From positions 66,340,001 to 66,404,000 of the forward strand of contig OZ024744.1 in assembly GCA_964016885.1 (NCBI GenBank): 64,000 nt of DNA. Reading direction: 5' to 3'. Made by a program: the position numbers and the translations under genes. Source of the DNA: Eledone cirrhosa (lineage: Eukaryota). Numbering within the stretch: the stretch's first letter is position 1; each line of letters opens with the position of its first letter. The notes under the pieces were generated by a model. The model was not told the DNA's origin and did no database searches. It saw only the letters and a list, made by a program, of their open reading frames with translations. Positions 52,889 through 64,000 of this stretch are shown piece after piece.

Positions 52889-53504
52889 ACTTGTTTTTTT
52901 TTTGTTTTTTTTTGTTTTTCTTCTTCAGGATATTTTTATAATTAATTAGATATTGGTCCCATGCAGCTAGAACCTTCTGTGTTTGCTCATGTCCCAGATT
53001 TTCTCATTTGGCTTTCACTCTCGTTTACTTTCTCTCAGTTAAGTCTTGGAATATTTACCATAGAATGGTTGTTCTCTACATTTTTTAGTACATTTTTTCA
53101 GTTCCATTTTGATTTTTGTCTATTTTCTAATATTTTTATTTTATTTTTTATATTTTTTAGCATTTTGAGTTGTTTTAACCTTATCTTTTGTGTACTTAGT
53201 TTTCAATTTGTATTTTATTTCCTCATATATATATATATATTTCCTTATATATAAATATAGAAAAGGAGAAACATTTTTTTCTTCATGTTTTTGATCAGTT
53301 TCCTTTGCTTGCTTTTAAGTATTTTTCTAGTCCCACTGTTGTTATTTTACAGTAGTATTTTTTCTATTTGTATCAGACCACACCCTCTTTGTGTGCATAG
53401 AGTAGGCATATTCTATCTACATCAGCTGGGGGGATAGCTTCGATGTTATAAGTAGTTTCCTGTGTATTTATTATTTTTCCCCTCATATATTATTATTATT
53501 ATTA

Positions 53505-55590
53505 AGGGTGGTGTTTTGGCAGTATCAGTAGAGTGTGTTAGACAACATGTTTTGCAGCATAGAGTTATAGCCCTTTACGTTCTGAGTTCGAATCCCACTA
53601 CGGTTAGCTTATGGGGTCGATAAAAGCACCAGTAATACACTGGGGTAATTGCTAGCCTTGTGCCAAAAGTAGAAACATTATTATTATAGTCGATGATTGA
53701 GGGCGGTGGATTGGCAGTATCAGTAGAGGGTCAGACGCCATGCTTTGCAGCATAGAGTTACGGTCCTTTATAATCTGGATTCAAATCCCGCTGAGGTTAA
53801 CTTTGCTTTTCATCCCTATGGAGTCGATGAAATAAAGTACCAGTCATGCACTGGGGTTGATTTAATTGACTTTCACCTCCCCCAAAATTGCTGGCCTTGT
53901 GGCTATATAAGAAACCATTATTATTATTATTATTATCATTAAGGGCGGTGGATTGGCAGAATCAGTAGAGCATCAGACACCATGCTTTGTAGCATAGAGT
54001 TATGGCCCTTTATGTTCTCAGTTCAAATCCCACTGAGGTTAACTTCGCCTTTCATCCTTATGGGGTCGATAAAATAAAGTGGCCGTAATACGCAGGGGTT
54101 GATTTAATCAACTTGCCCCTTGTTAAAAATGCTGGCCTTGTGCCCAAAGTAGAAACCATTATTATTGGTGAATTGGCAGTATCGGTAGAGGGTCGGACGC
54201 CATCCTTTGACGCAAAGAGTTACGTCCCTTTATGATCTGAGTTCAAATCCTGCCGAGGTTAACTTTGCCTTTCATCCTTATGGGGTCGATAAAATAAAGT
54301 ACCAATAATGTACTGGTTAATTGCTGGCCTTGTGCCAAAAGTAGAAACAATTATTATTATTATTATTATTATTCATTATTATTTTAGAACAGTGAAACAT
54401 CAGTGAATCATAGTTTTGCCCAGAAATAAAAAAAACAAAACAAAAAGAAAACAAAAAAATTCTTTATTTAATTCCATCCTTTTATGCTTTATGTTTAAAT
54501 CCAGTACTAGAGTCAAATTAAATCAACAACATCCTTAGCTTCCAAAAATGTATAATCTTATGCCAAAGTTAGAAACCCACATTATCATCACTACCATTGC
54601 TCTAACCATCATCATAACCATCATTATCATCATTTTTACCATTATTATGGTTACATTGTCTATTTTTATTTGTCTTTATTGTTTTGTTTTTATTGGCATT
54701 ATGATGAAGTACTGGACTAAATGCTTTATAATATATACTTGGATCTAAGTTCAATCCCTTAGGCATTCACATTTCCTTTCATCCCTTGTGGGAGGTGGGG
54801 GGTCAATAAAATAAAAACCAAACATGTACTGAAGTTGATTTAATCTACTATATTTCACCCCATATAAACGTGTGTGGTCCAGTGCCAAAGTAATAAATCA
54901 TTTCTATTATCGCGATCATTACCATTCTCATTATTGAACATGGCGGTGGATTGGCAGAATCGGTAGTGCATCGCGGCATAGAGTTACGGCTCTTTATATT
55001 CTGAGTTCAAATCCTGCCATTCAGAGTATACTGGATGAATTTTTTGTGGCACGAGCACTAGAGAGGTTGCCTTATCCTGACTGATGAGACTCCTTTATCA
55101 GTTATCATCATCAGCATCATCATCATTATTACTATTAAGTTGGTAGATTGAAAATATCAGTAGAGACTTAAACAACATGCATCACAACATAGAGTTATGA
55201 TTCTTTACGTTCTGAGTTCAAATCCCGCTGAGGTTAGCTTTACTTTTCATTCTCATGAAGTCGATAAGATAAAGTCCCAGTAATGTACTGGGGTCAAGTT
55301 AATCGATTTTTTCCCTCCCCAAAATTGTTAGTCTTGTGCCTAAATAAGAAACCATTATTGAACATGGCAGATGGAGGTAACACATTGTTTGCAGAACTAA
55401 ATCTCTTACAGCATTTAGTTATATTCCTTTGATAGGTTATAAGTTCAAATCCTGTCAAGCTCCACTCCAAATTTTCATCCTTCCAGATCTGATAAAAATG
55501 GTGTACCAGTTATATTCTAAGGTTGATTCTATCCATTATACACTACCATAGCTTTAAAAAGTGTAGTGTTTTGTCTATGTTAGAAATCAA
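53505..55590 (+). mobile_element. Head-to-tail cluster of Nin/Deu-core tRNA SINEs (7-8 copies)
   Basis: Repeated GGCGGTGGATTGGCAG...GTTCAAATCC...CATCC..GTCGATAAAATAAAG...GTAGAAAC(ATT)n units. Confidence 0.85.
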
Positions 55591-56285
55591 TACTTATAAT
55601 ATTAATTTCTCTATTAGCCACACAGGGCTCACATTAAGGAAACATTAAAGACGGTACAGTGTAGGTTTTTCTTTGTGTAAAATAAGATTTACAAAAGTGA
55701 CTAAGAAAATAAACATTTAAAGCAAACACAATCATGACATATAATATTGAAGCACTTGTCATTAGGACAACGATGGGCAAATTGAGAGATCACAACTCCG
55801 ATACTACAGGCATGTATGTGGTTAGAATGTCTCAGCAAAGAATCACTGGACAGATTTTACTGGCAAAACCAACCGGCAGGAGACACCGAGGAAGATCGTT
55901 GGATAACATCCATGAGCTTGGCTGGTCTTGCTTGAGTATCCAGCTGGATCAGTTGGAGACGGTTGCTGGACCTGCTGGAAGGAGTGTTTGAGGACTCTGC
56001 ACTCACAACCCTCTCAGAAATAAGTGGGTGAACCAAAAGAAGAAAAACAACAAGACTTCTGAATAAAGAGAAAAAAAAATTGATGTGAAATTAGCAGATA
56101 GGGATAACAAGTGAAATGAACCATTGTGGTTGGTGACATAAAGAAAAGAAAACTATGGGCATATCTAATTAGAATTGCTTGGCCATATTATAAGAAAAGG
56201 GTGGTGGGTTGGCAGCATTGGTAGAGCAATGACGTAACTAAATACTGCTTTGCAGTATTTAGTTACGTCATTCTATGTTCTAAGT

Positions 56286-56899
56286 TTAACCCTTTAGCAT
56301 TCACATTACTCTATATATACTATTGTATTTTCACAGTAAAGGGTTCATCTCACATAATTATTTCACATAATATTGAATCTATGGGATTTTGATGTTATTT
56401 ATTTTGAGAGTTATTAATATCAGTATAAGCTGCCGATTACAGCCGGTTTGAACAGAAAGCGATGAGAGAATTCTGGCTGGATATGGCCATTTTAAATCTT
56501 ACTGATGTTAATTTTGCCTTTCATCCTACAAGAGTCAATAGAATAAAATACTGTTTAAGTACTGGGTTCTTCTCCCTCGAATTGCTGGCTTTGTGCCAAT
56601 GTTAGAAAGAATATTTTACACGAACCTGTAGAAAGAAGAACTAAGGAAAGGCATATAAACCTTAAGGAAAAAGGGATTTTTTCCTTAATCTTTTAGTATT
56701 TACATTACTCTATATTTACTATTGTATTTTCAGAGTAAAAGCTTTACCTCACATAATATTGAATCTATGAGATTTTGATATATTTTGAGAACAATATGTT
56801 AACATAAGTATGAGGGGCCAGTTACTGCTTGCTGGTTTGAGCAGGAAGAGATGAAAGAATTATGGTCAGATGCGGCTGTTTTAAATGCTAAAGGGTTAA
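56286..56899 (-). mobile_element. Two piggyBac-like MITEs (56286-56497, 56685-56899)
   Basis: Same family as 14073-14287. Confidence 0.7.
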
Positions 56900-57374
56900 C
56901 GTGTAATGAATAAATCAAGTGACTAACTAGTAACAAAACGAGAAAGAAATAATACTGCAAACAGAATAGATTCTTTCCTTTAAACCAGAAACAATTCTTG
57001 AGAACACTGCAAGGTGTCACTCAGGAAACAATTCTACAAATGCTAGTAAAGCAAAAGAATTGTTATGGGGGTGGGACTGGGGTATAGAGAAAAGGAAGAG
57101 CAGGGCTATACACTATAGTAAAGAAAATTCTGATTAGATAATGTCTATGAAAACTTATGTATCCACTCAAAGAAGGAAGTAGCAACAACAGAAACTAAAA
57201 AGGAAAAAAAAAATGTAAAATAAGTATAAGGTTTGTTTAGTTGGGGGCGAGGGGGGGGGGGGGTTCTAGACCTGGTGATTATTATACTAGCTGCAATGGT
57301 TTTCCTCAATGTATATATCGGAACACCTCTGTTACCAAAAAATAAAAAAAAATATAAAAATAAAAATCTGATTT

Positions 57375-58100
57375 AATGGTACGAAGTGTCAACAAAAAAA
57401 TGCACCCAGTCCACTCTGTAAAGTAGTCATGTTGGTGACACAAGAAAAAGCTCCCAGTCCACCCTGTAAAATAGTCATGTTGGTGCCACGATAAAATGTA
57501 CCCAGTCCACACTAATGTGGTTGGTGTTAGGAAAAGCATCCAGCCATAGAAACTAAGTACAAAATATAGATCCATATGAGAAAGACAATAACCCCCCCCC
57601 CCATTTAGTGGTACGAGGAAGGACTGCCTAAATAAGGAAGATTAGAGGAGTAAATGACCAAACTTTTCGAATCAACATCTTCATCATCACCATCATCATC
57701 ATCACCCCCGTCACGACCACCATCATCATTATTTAATGTCCATTAGATGGGTTGTCACATTATGAGACAATTCAGACCTGAAAATCCTATGTCTAGCTCA
57801 TATGGATCTCTATTTTGGCTTAGTTTCTATGGCTGGATGCTTTTCCTAACACCAACCACATTAGTGTGGACTGCGTACTTTTTATTGTGGCACAAGCACG
57901 ACTATTTTATAGGATGGACTGGGAGCTTTTTATCATGGCATCAACATGACCAATTTACAGGGTGGACTTGGTGCATTTTTTTTATTGCGGCATCGAAACG
58001 ACCACCTTACTGGGTAGACCTTTTATTGTGGCATCAACATGATTATATTGCAGGGAATGCTGGGAGCTTTTTTCTTGTCACCAACCTCACCACTTTACAG
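57375..58100. mobile_element. Tail-to-tail pair of older SINE/RTE 3'-UTR copies
   Basis: GGTGTTAGGAAAAGCATCCAGCCATAGAAAC on + at about 57522 and its reverse complement at about 57823. Confidence 0.7.
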
Positions 58101-58244
58101 GGTGCAGAAGACAGGGGGATGAGAAGACAGGTAGAAGAGAAAATGACTGTATTGGATGTTTGTCTGGTTTACAGTATTAAGCGAGACTGTGGTGTGTGTG
58201 TTACAAATAAATAAACTGAAAAAAATCTACCAGATACACCAGAT

Positions 58245-58520
58245 TCATTGTTTACCATTCGTACATAGTGTATGAAGATTTCTAGGTGTTTCCACTCGTG
58301 AACAACCTACATATAACTGTCCATAGGTAAAAACCGATTGTTTTGTATTCAATTCTACAACTTTGAAACTCTGAGCCTGAGCTTTATGTACGGTCATAGC
58401 AAAACTGGCTCTAACAGGGAACTGAAGTCTTGAGAATTTGAATGGCAGCTCGGTAGAGGAAGGGATAAGAGGAATCTTGAGAATAAATGCATTTTCTCCT
58501 TGATGATTGCCTCCAAAGAT
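58245..58520 (-). pseudogene. Helitron PIF1-type helicase C-terminal fragment
   Basis: IPLIPSSTELPFKFSRLQFPVRASFAMTVHKAQAQS...VFTYGQLYVGCSRV. Confidence 0.88.
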
Positions 58521-59683
58521 TGTGACCACTAGGAGATGGTTTATCTTCTGTCTGACTGTAAAGCCGTGTCATTGAAAATATTATATAATTCTATACTCTG
58601 AGATCAATGAAACAACACTTGGAATTGCCTACTCTTTTAATCCAACTTAATCAGAAAGAAGGGCAGTGCCTCTGGCCCTTTCCGGGGTCTTTGAGAGTGG
58701 GTGGGGAAAGGAGGAATGCTTGCAACAGAATGGACTTTAATAATAATAATAATAATAATAATAATGAAAATATTGTGTACAGTGCTCAGGTACACTACAA
58801 CTCATCAAAAGTGTATGTATAGTACATAGGGTAATGTACAAACGTCAGGAAAATGAACTTTGGGAGGCACCTAAGAACCAGTTGTTGGTGTTAAACTGGG
58901 TAATGTATTAAATCTGCCATAACACAATAAGACAAAACAAATATACTGCTCTAGCAATACCACCAGTAAATTTGCCCTACACTGGTATTTTATTTATTAT
59001 TTATTACTTATCAAACTTGGAAGGATGAAAAGCAAAGTTGCTCTTGACAGAATTTAACCTTAGAACATAAGAAGTCAGGACAGATACTGCAATGAATTTT
59101 GTTATATGCTCTAATGTTTCTGCTGATTCATTGGCTAATCATATATTACAAGTGTCTTAGTTATGTACCAGTGAAGACAGGAATATTTGAATGTGATTCT
59201 GAATATTTCTATTAATTATTTTCTTTAATCTAAGTATCAACATGTCTCCGTCATAATAGGATTGAATATAAACTTGGAAAAGGTTTGACATGAATGTAAC
59301 CTTGTTTATGAATGATCTTAAACTCACAGCTAAATAAAAATGCCAAAACTCTTTTATTTAACCAATCCATATCTGTACCAAATACATTGGTTAAGAATAC
59401 AGTATTTAAAAATATATTGTGTTAATAATATTTTTTTTTTTTCATCAAGATAAGGCTAAAAATGTGGATGTGCAGCAATTAGCTGTTGTACTTGGTTGTT
59501 AAGGCAGCAAATTGGCAGAGTCATTTGAACACTGGATAGAATGCTTAGAGGCTCCACACTTTGAATTCAAATCCCACTGAGGTCAACTTTGTCTTTCATC
59601 ATTTTGAGGTTAATTAAAAAAATACCAGTCTGGTACGGAGGTTGATTTTTCCTCTCTCTCTCTCACACACACATACTCTCTTG

Positions 59684-59715
<32 letters not shown>

Positions 59716-59759
59716 TACAGTCTTTCTCACCCTTTCAGTCTCTCTCTTTCTCTATCCTT

Positions 59760-59891
59760 CTGTGGAAGACATTGGCTATGCCTCGCTCACTCCCTCTCAA
59801 TATTCTGGGGAAGACATTGGCTATCTCTCTCTCTCTCTTTCTCAGTCTCTCTCTCAATATTCTGGGGAAGACATTAGCTATGTCTCTCTCA

Positions 59892-59922
<31 letters not shown>

Positions 59923-60025
59923 AGTCTCTCTCTCAATATTCTGGGGAAGACATTAGCTATGTCTCTCTCACTCTCTCTCTCTCTTTCTCAGTCTCTCTCT
60001 CAATATTCTGTGGAAGACATTAGCC
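59760..60025. repeat. CT-rich tandem repeat with TG(G/T)GGAAGACATT(A/G)GC anchor, 5 copies
   Basis: Direct reading. Confidence 0.85.
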
Positions 60026-60910
60026 ATGTTGAGACCTGGAGAGGGAATGGACTGCCAGGATTAAAATGCCCAAGACACACTGTATATGACCATGACATAC
60101 TTGTACTCAACCAACAGTTGTAGGGTCATACATACTTAACTGCTAATTATTTTATCAACACTGGAAATATAAATGATGAAGTCAATCTCAGCTGTATTTG
60201 AACTCAGAATATAAAAGGCTGTAACAATTCTACCAATTCAACCAAAAATGAACAGGTTTATAGTTTTTTGTAAATTGCTATCTCTCTGTCTGTTTGATTT
60301 CTTCACTGTTGATCTTGCACTATATACATATAGTTGTATGGGTGAAGTAGTTTTATATATAGAAAATATAGCCTAAACTTTTAGATTTTGGGGGGTAATA
60401 CTTTATACATGAGAAATAGGTTCAACATGGTAGCATATGCTATGATAATAAACACCATATGCCACTGATATATATATATCTAGCTATATATATATATGTA
60501 TATATATATTATATATAGATATAGATATGTATATATCTATATATACATATCTATATCTATATATGTATATATACATATACACACACACACTTATATATAT
60601 ATGTATATATACATATCTATATCTATATATGTATATATACATATACACACACACACACTTATATATATATATATATATGTATATATATTTATATACATAC
60701 ATATATCTCTCTCTCTCTAGCTTTATGATTTTTTGTCTTTAATTTTCCTGTGTATACTCCCCCCTCCTTACGTTTTTCTGTTCCATTTTCCCTTCCCCGT
60801 CTCTGCCTATCCTTCGCACTCACCCCTTTGTTCACTCCACCCCGCCTTTCGCTATATGTCTCTCCACCACTCCCCTACACACCCTTTGAACTCTGTTCCC
60901 ACACACTTCT

Positions 60911-60944
60911 CACCTGAGGAAGGGCTTATGCCCGAAACGTCGTT
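60911..60944 (+). ncRNA. Minimal hammerhead-like motif in a Penelope-pLTR-like fragment
   Basis: CAC CUGAGGA A GGGC-UUAU-GCCC GAAA CG UC GUU with AATAAA about 35 nt downstream; stem I is only 2 bp. Confidence 0.55.
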
Positions 60945-61033
60945 CCCCACCACCACCCCACTCTCCAGAGCGTGAAATTAATAAACATTCGTTGTACTGT
61001 CTCTCTGTTTTGTTCCTGTTCAAATTTTTCCAT

Positions 61034-61124
<91 letters not shown>

Positions 61125-61128
<4 letters not shown>

Positions 61129-61428
61129 ATGGCTTAGTGGTTAGAGCATTGGCCTTGCAATCAAAAGGTTGTGAGTTCAATTCTCAGACCGTGTTGTTTC
61201 CTTGAGCAAGACACTTTATTTCACATTGTTCCAGTTTACTCAGCTGTAGAAATTCCACTGCAAAGTGGTCGTGGAGGTGCCATGGAAAAAAAGCACCCAG
61301 CACTCACTGTAAATGAGGTTGGTGTTAGGAAGGGCATCCAGCTGTAGAAATCAAGCCAGAATCAGTTCCCGTCCTACCCTTGCAAGCAGGGAAAAGCGGA
61401 CGTAAAATGAAATGATGATGATGATGAT
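61125..61428 (+). mobile_element. tRNA-derived SINE with RTE-derived tail
   Basis: TGGCTTAGTGG A-box-like and GAGTTCAATTC B-box-like motifs; same body as 32060. Confidence 0.9.
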
Positions 61429-61501
61429 ATATATACACATATATATATATTTATATATATGTATATATACATATATCTACATCTATATCTATATATGTAT
61501 A

Positions 61502-63380
61502 CATCATCATCATCGTTTAACGTCTATCTTCCACGCTAGCATGGGTCTGGACAGGAATTGTCCCACTTGAGGCAAGATTGCTTGTCTTGCTCAGGACTGT
61601 CTGGTGGGTTTTCTATGGCTGGATGCCCTTCCTAACACCAACCACGTTTACAGTGTGGGCTGGAAGGTTTTTACCATGTTATCTACACGGCCAAATTACA
61701 GTGTGCACTGTGTTTTTTTGTCGTGACACCTACACAAGCTCATTTATTTAGGACTGGATGTTGTGGTGCCAACATAGCTTTACATCGAAAGGGGTGGTGT
61801 AGATGGTGGTGGGGGTAGAGGTAGTGGAACGGGGGTGTATTTTGGTTAAGAGGTGCCTACTGACTGTAGGTTTCGCTTTGTACTTAGGCGGGTCTTCTGT
61901 ATTACTACGTAGCGCCAAAGATCTCGGTCCAGTGACATTGTCTTGGAGAGGTGTAAGTGTGTGAGGTCGGATTTTATCAACTCGTCCCAGGTTTTTCTGG
62001 GTTTGCCTACTCCGTAGCTACCGTCTATATTGATCGCCCTGCACTTTTTTTATTCAGCTATCGTCTTTCATGCGCATCACGTGACCATACCAACGTAGTC
62101 TTCTCTCGAGTAAACAGCATCTGATCCCTCTTATTCCTAATTTCTCACTTCATTTATGCTTTACCATTCACGTAGATTACTATTACATATCCAACAGAGC
62201 AAGCAAGCTTCATTCCTCTCCAGTCTGCGTAGATCCTCTGCACACAATGCCCATGTCTCACTGCCATGTAACATTGCTGTTTGTATGCAGGCATCATACA
62301 GCCTGCCTTTTATTTTTAGAGAGAAACCTTTAGTGGCCAATAGTGGTATAAGCTCTCTGAACTTTTTCTATCCCGTTCGGACTCTAGCTACAGTACTTTT
62401 GGAGCACCCTCCACCACTGCTGATTTTGTCACCCAGGTAATGGAAGGTGTCCACTATTTCTATAGAACCATCTGGGCAATGGAATGAGCTAGTATTCTGT
62501 GGGCATTTGCTGCTACTTATTGCACCAGAGCACCGGCCACATATAAAATCTATATTCTTAGTTAGCTTACCTGTGATCCCACTACATCTTTTATGCACCT
62601 ATACTTTGCATTTGGGACATAAAGTGGAGTTTCTGCCTACTCCTTTCCTACACACTGAGCATAGCCATTTCCCAGATAGGACCAGTGCCCTATTCTCCTG
62701 CCTACATATTAGGACTTTAGTCTTAGACAAGTTAACTTTAAGGCTTTTTGATTCTAGGCCATGCTTCCATGTTTGGAATTTCTTCTCTGGTTCAGCCATT
62801 GATTCGGCTATGAGCGTTAGATCATCTGTGTATAGAAGTTCCCATGGGCAGCCGGTCTTGAACTCCTCCGTTATAGCTTGGAGGGCGATAATAAATAGGA
62901 GGGGGCTAAGGATGGAGCCCTGATGAACACCAACTTTTACGCTAAACTCTTCACTATAGTCATTGTTAATTCTAACCTTGCTGACTGTTTCTTTATACAT
63001 GGCTTGTATAGCTCTCACAAGCCATTCATCTACACCTAGTTTTCTAAGAGCCCACCAGATAATGGAATGGGGGACTCTGTCAAAGGCTTTCTCCAGGTCT
63101 ACAAAAGCTAAGTAGAGGGGTTTACTTTTAGCTAGGTACTTCTGTAGTTGTCGTACAATGAAAAGAGCATCTGTGGTACTTTTACCTGACACAAAACCCA
63201 AACTGCATTTTATCTAGATCAATTCACTCTCTGATTAGTTGAGCTATTACTTTTTCTGTGACCTTCATGACCTGGTCTATTAATTTAATGCCTCTATAGT
63301 TTCCCCTAACTAGGGCATCTCCTTTACCCTTGTAGCAGTTAATGATGATGCTGCTATGCCAGTCCTTTGGTACGACCCCA
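61502..63380 (-). pseudogene. RTE LINE (family A), longest copy, with RT, Cys-rich insert, C-terminus and 3' UTR
   Basis: NYRGIKL, FVDLEKAFDRVP, GVHQGSILSPLLF, LLYTDDL, CSVCRKGVG, HKRCSGI; stops and frameshifts. Confidence 0.93.
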
Positions 63381-63686
63381 TATACATATATATATATATA
63401 TATGTATATATACATCATCATCATCGTTTAACGCCTATCTTACACACTAGCATGGCTTAGACGGGAGTTGTCCCAATTTGAGGCAAGGTTAGTAGGGTGA
63501 CTGTGTCTCACTCGTATAGGACTATCTGGCAGGTTTTCTACGGCTGGATGCTCTTCCTAACACCAACCATATATACTTATACATATATGCATATACATCT
63601 GTATGTATATATACATATATGTGTATATACATATATACAAATATACATAAACATATATATACATATATCTCTCTGTAAAGAAGAAG

Positions 63687-63717
<31 letters not shown>

Positions 63718-64000
63718 GATAAGGGCAGCGAAAATGAACCACTTTGGCAATATTTTGGAGGATTATTATTGCAGGGATCTTGGACATGATTACACAAAGG
63801 GGATTAATGAGAGAAAGATAAAGAGAAAGAAAAAGGAAAAGAGAAAGAGATAGACAACTTTCTAGTAGCTGAGTCCAAGTTGAATCACTTAATGAAATTG
63901 ATTTCAGAAATGTGTCTGTCATCTACAACCTAGAAGACTGTAGACTAGCGTTGACTTTGTGAGAAATCAGACTGATATGATTCACTTAGTCATTAGTTGC

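Noticed and set aside
55075-55110. CTGATGA core matches here and near 6056, 50242 and 51217
   Set aside because: No properly placed stem II plus GAAA and no stem I.
61125-61195. tRNA gene
   Set aside because: A tRNA-like SINE head that runs into the SINE body, with no intact acceptor stem or terminator.

Overview
AT-rich eukaryotic (animal) genomic DNA made almost entirely of repeats. I recognise no host protein-coding gene, rRNA, true tRNA gene or CRISPR array. The repeat set is tRNA-headed SINEs with a Nin/Deu-like core, a SINE sharing its 3' end with RTE LINEs, and long (TA)n tracts. This looks like an octopod cephalopod genome (inference, not checked). Decayed transposons present: RTE LINEs of several families, a CR1-group LINE, Tx1/L1-type LINE pieces, a CRE-like endonuclease remnant, a full-length but dead DD37D (maT) Tc1/mariner element, non-autonomous Helitrons (three in tandem), TTAA-flanked and mariner-type MITEs, LTR-end fragments and several minisatellites. 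The most interesting signal is a set of minimal type-I hammerhead ribozyme motifs in short non-coding modules mostly embedded in (TA)n. Five have an intact CUGANGA/GAAA/UH core and there are also decayed ones. One sits in a 463-bp unit with a 155-bp terminal redundancy, and a diverged relative shows compensatory base changes. This points to a retrozyme / Penelope-pLTR-like system. All coordinates were read by eye and may be off by a few bases.
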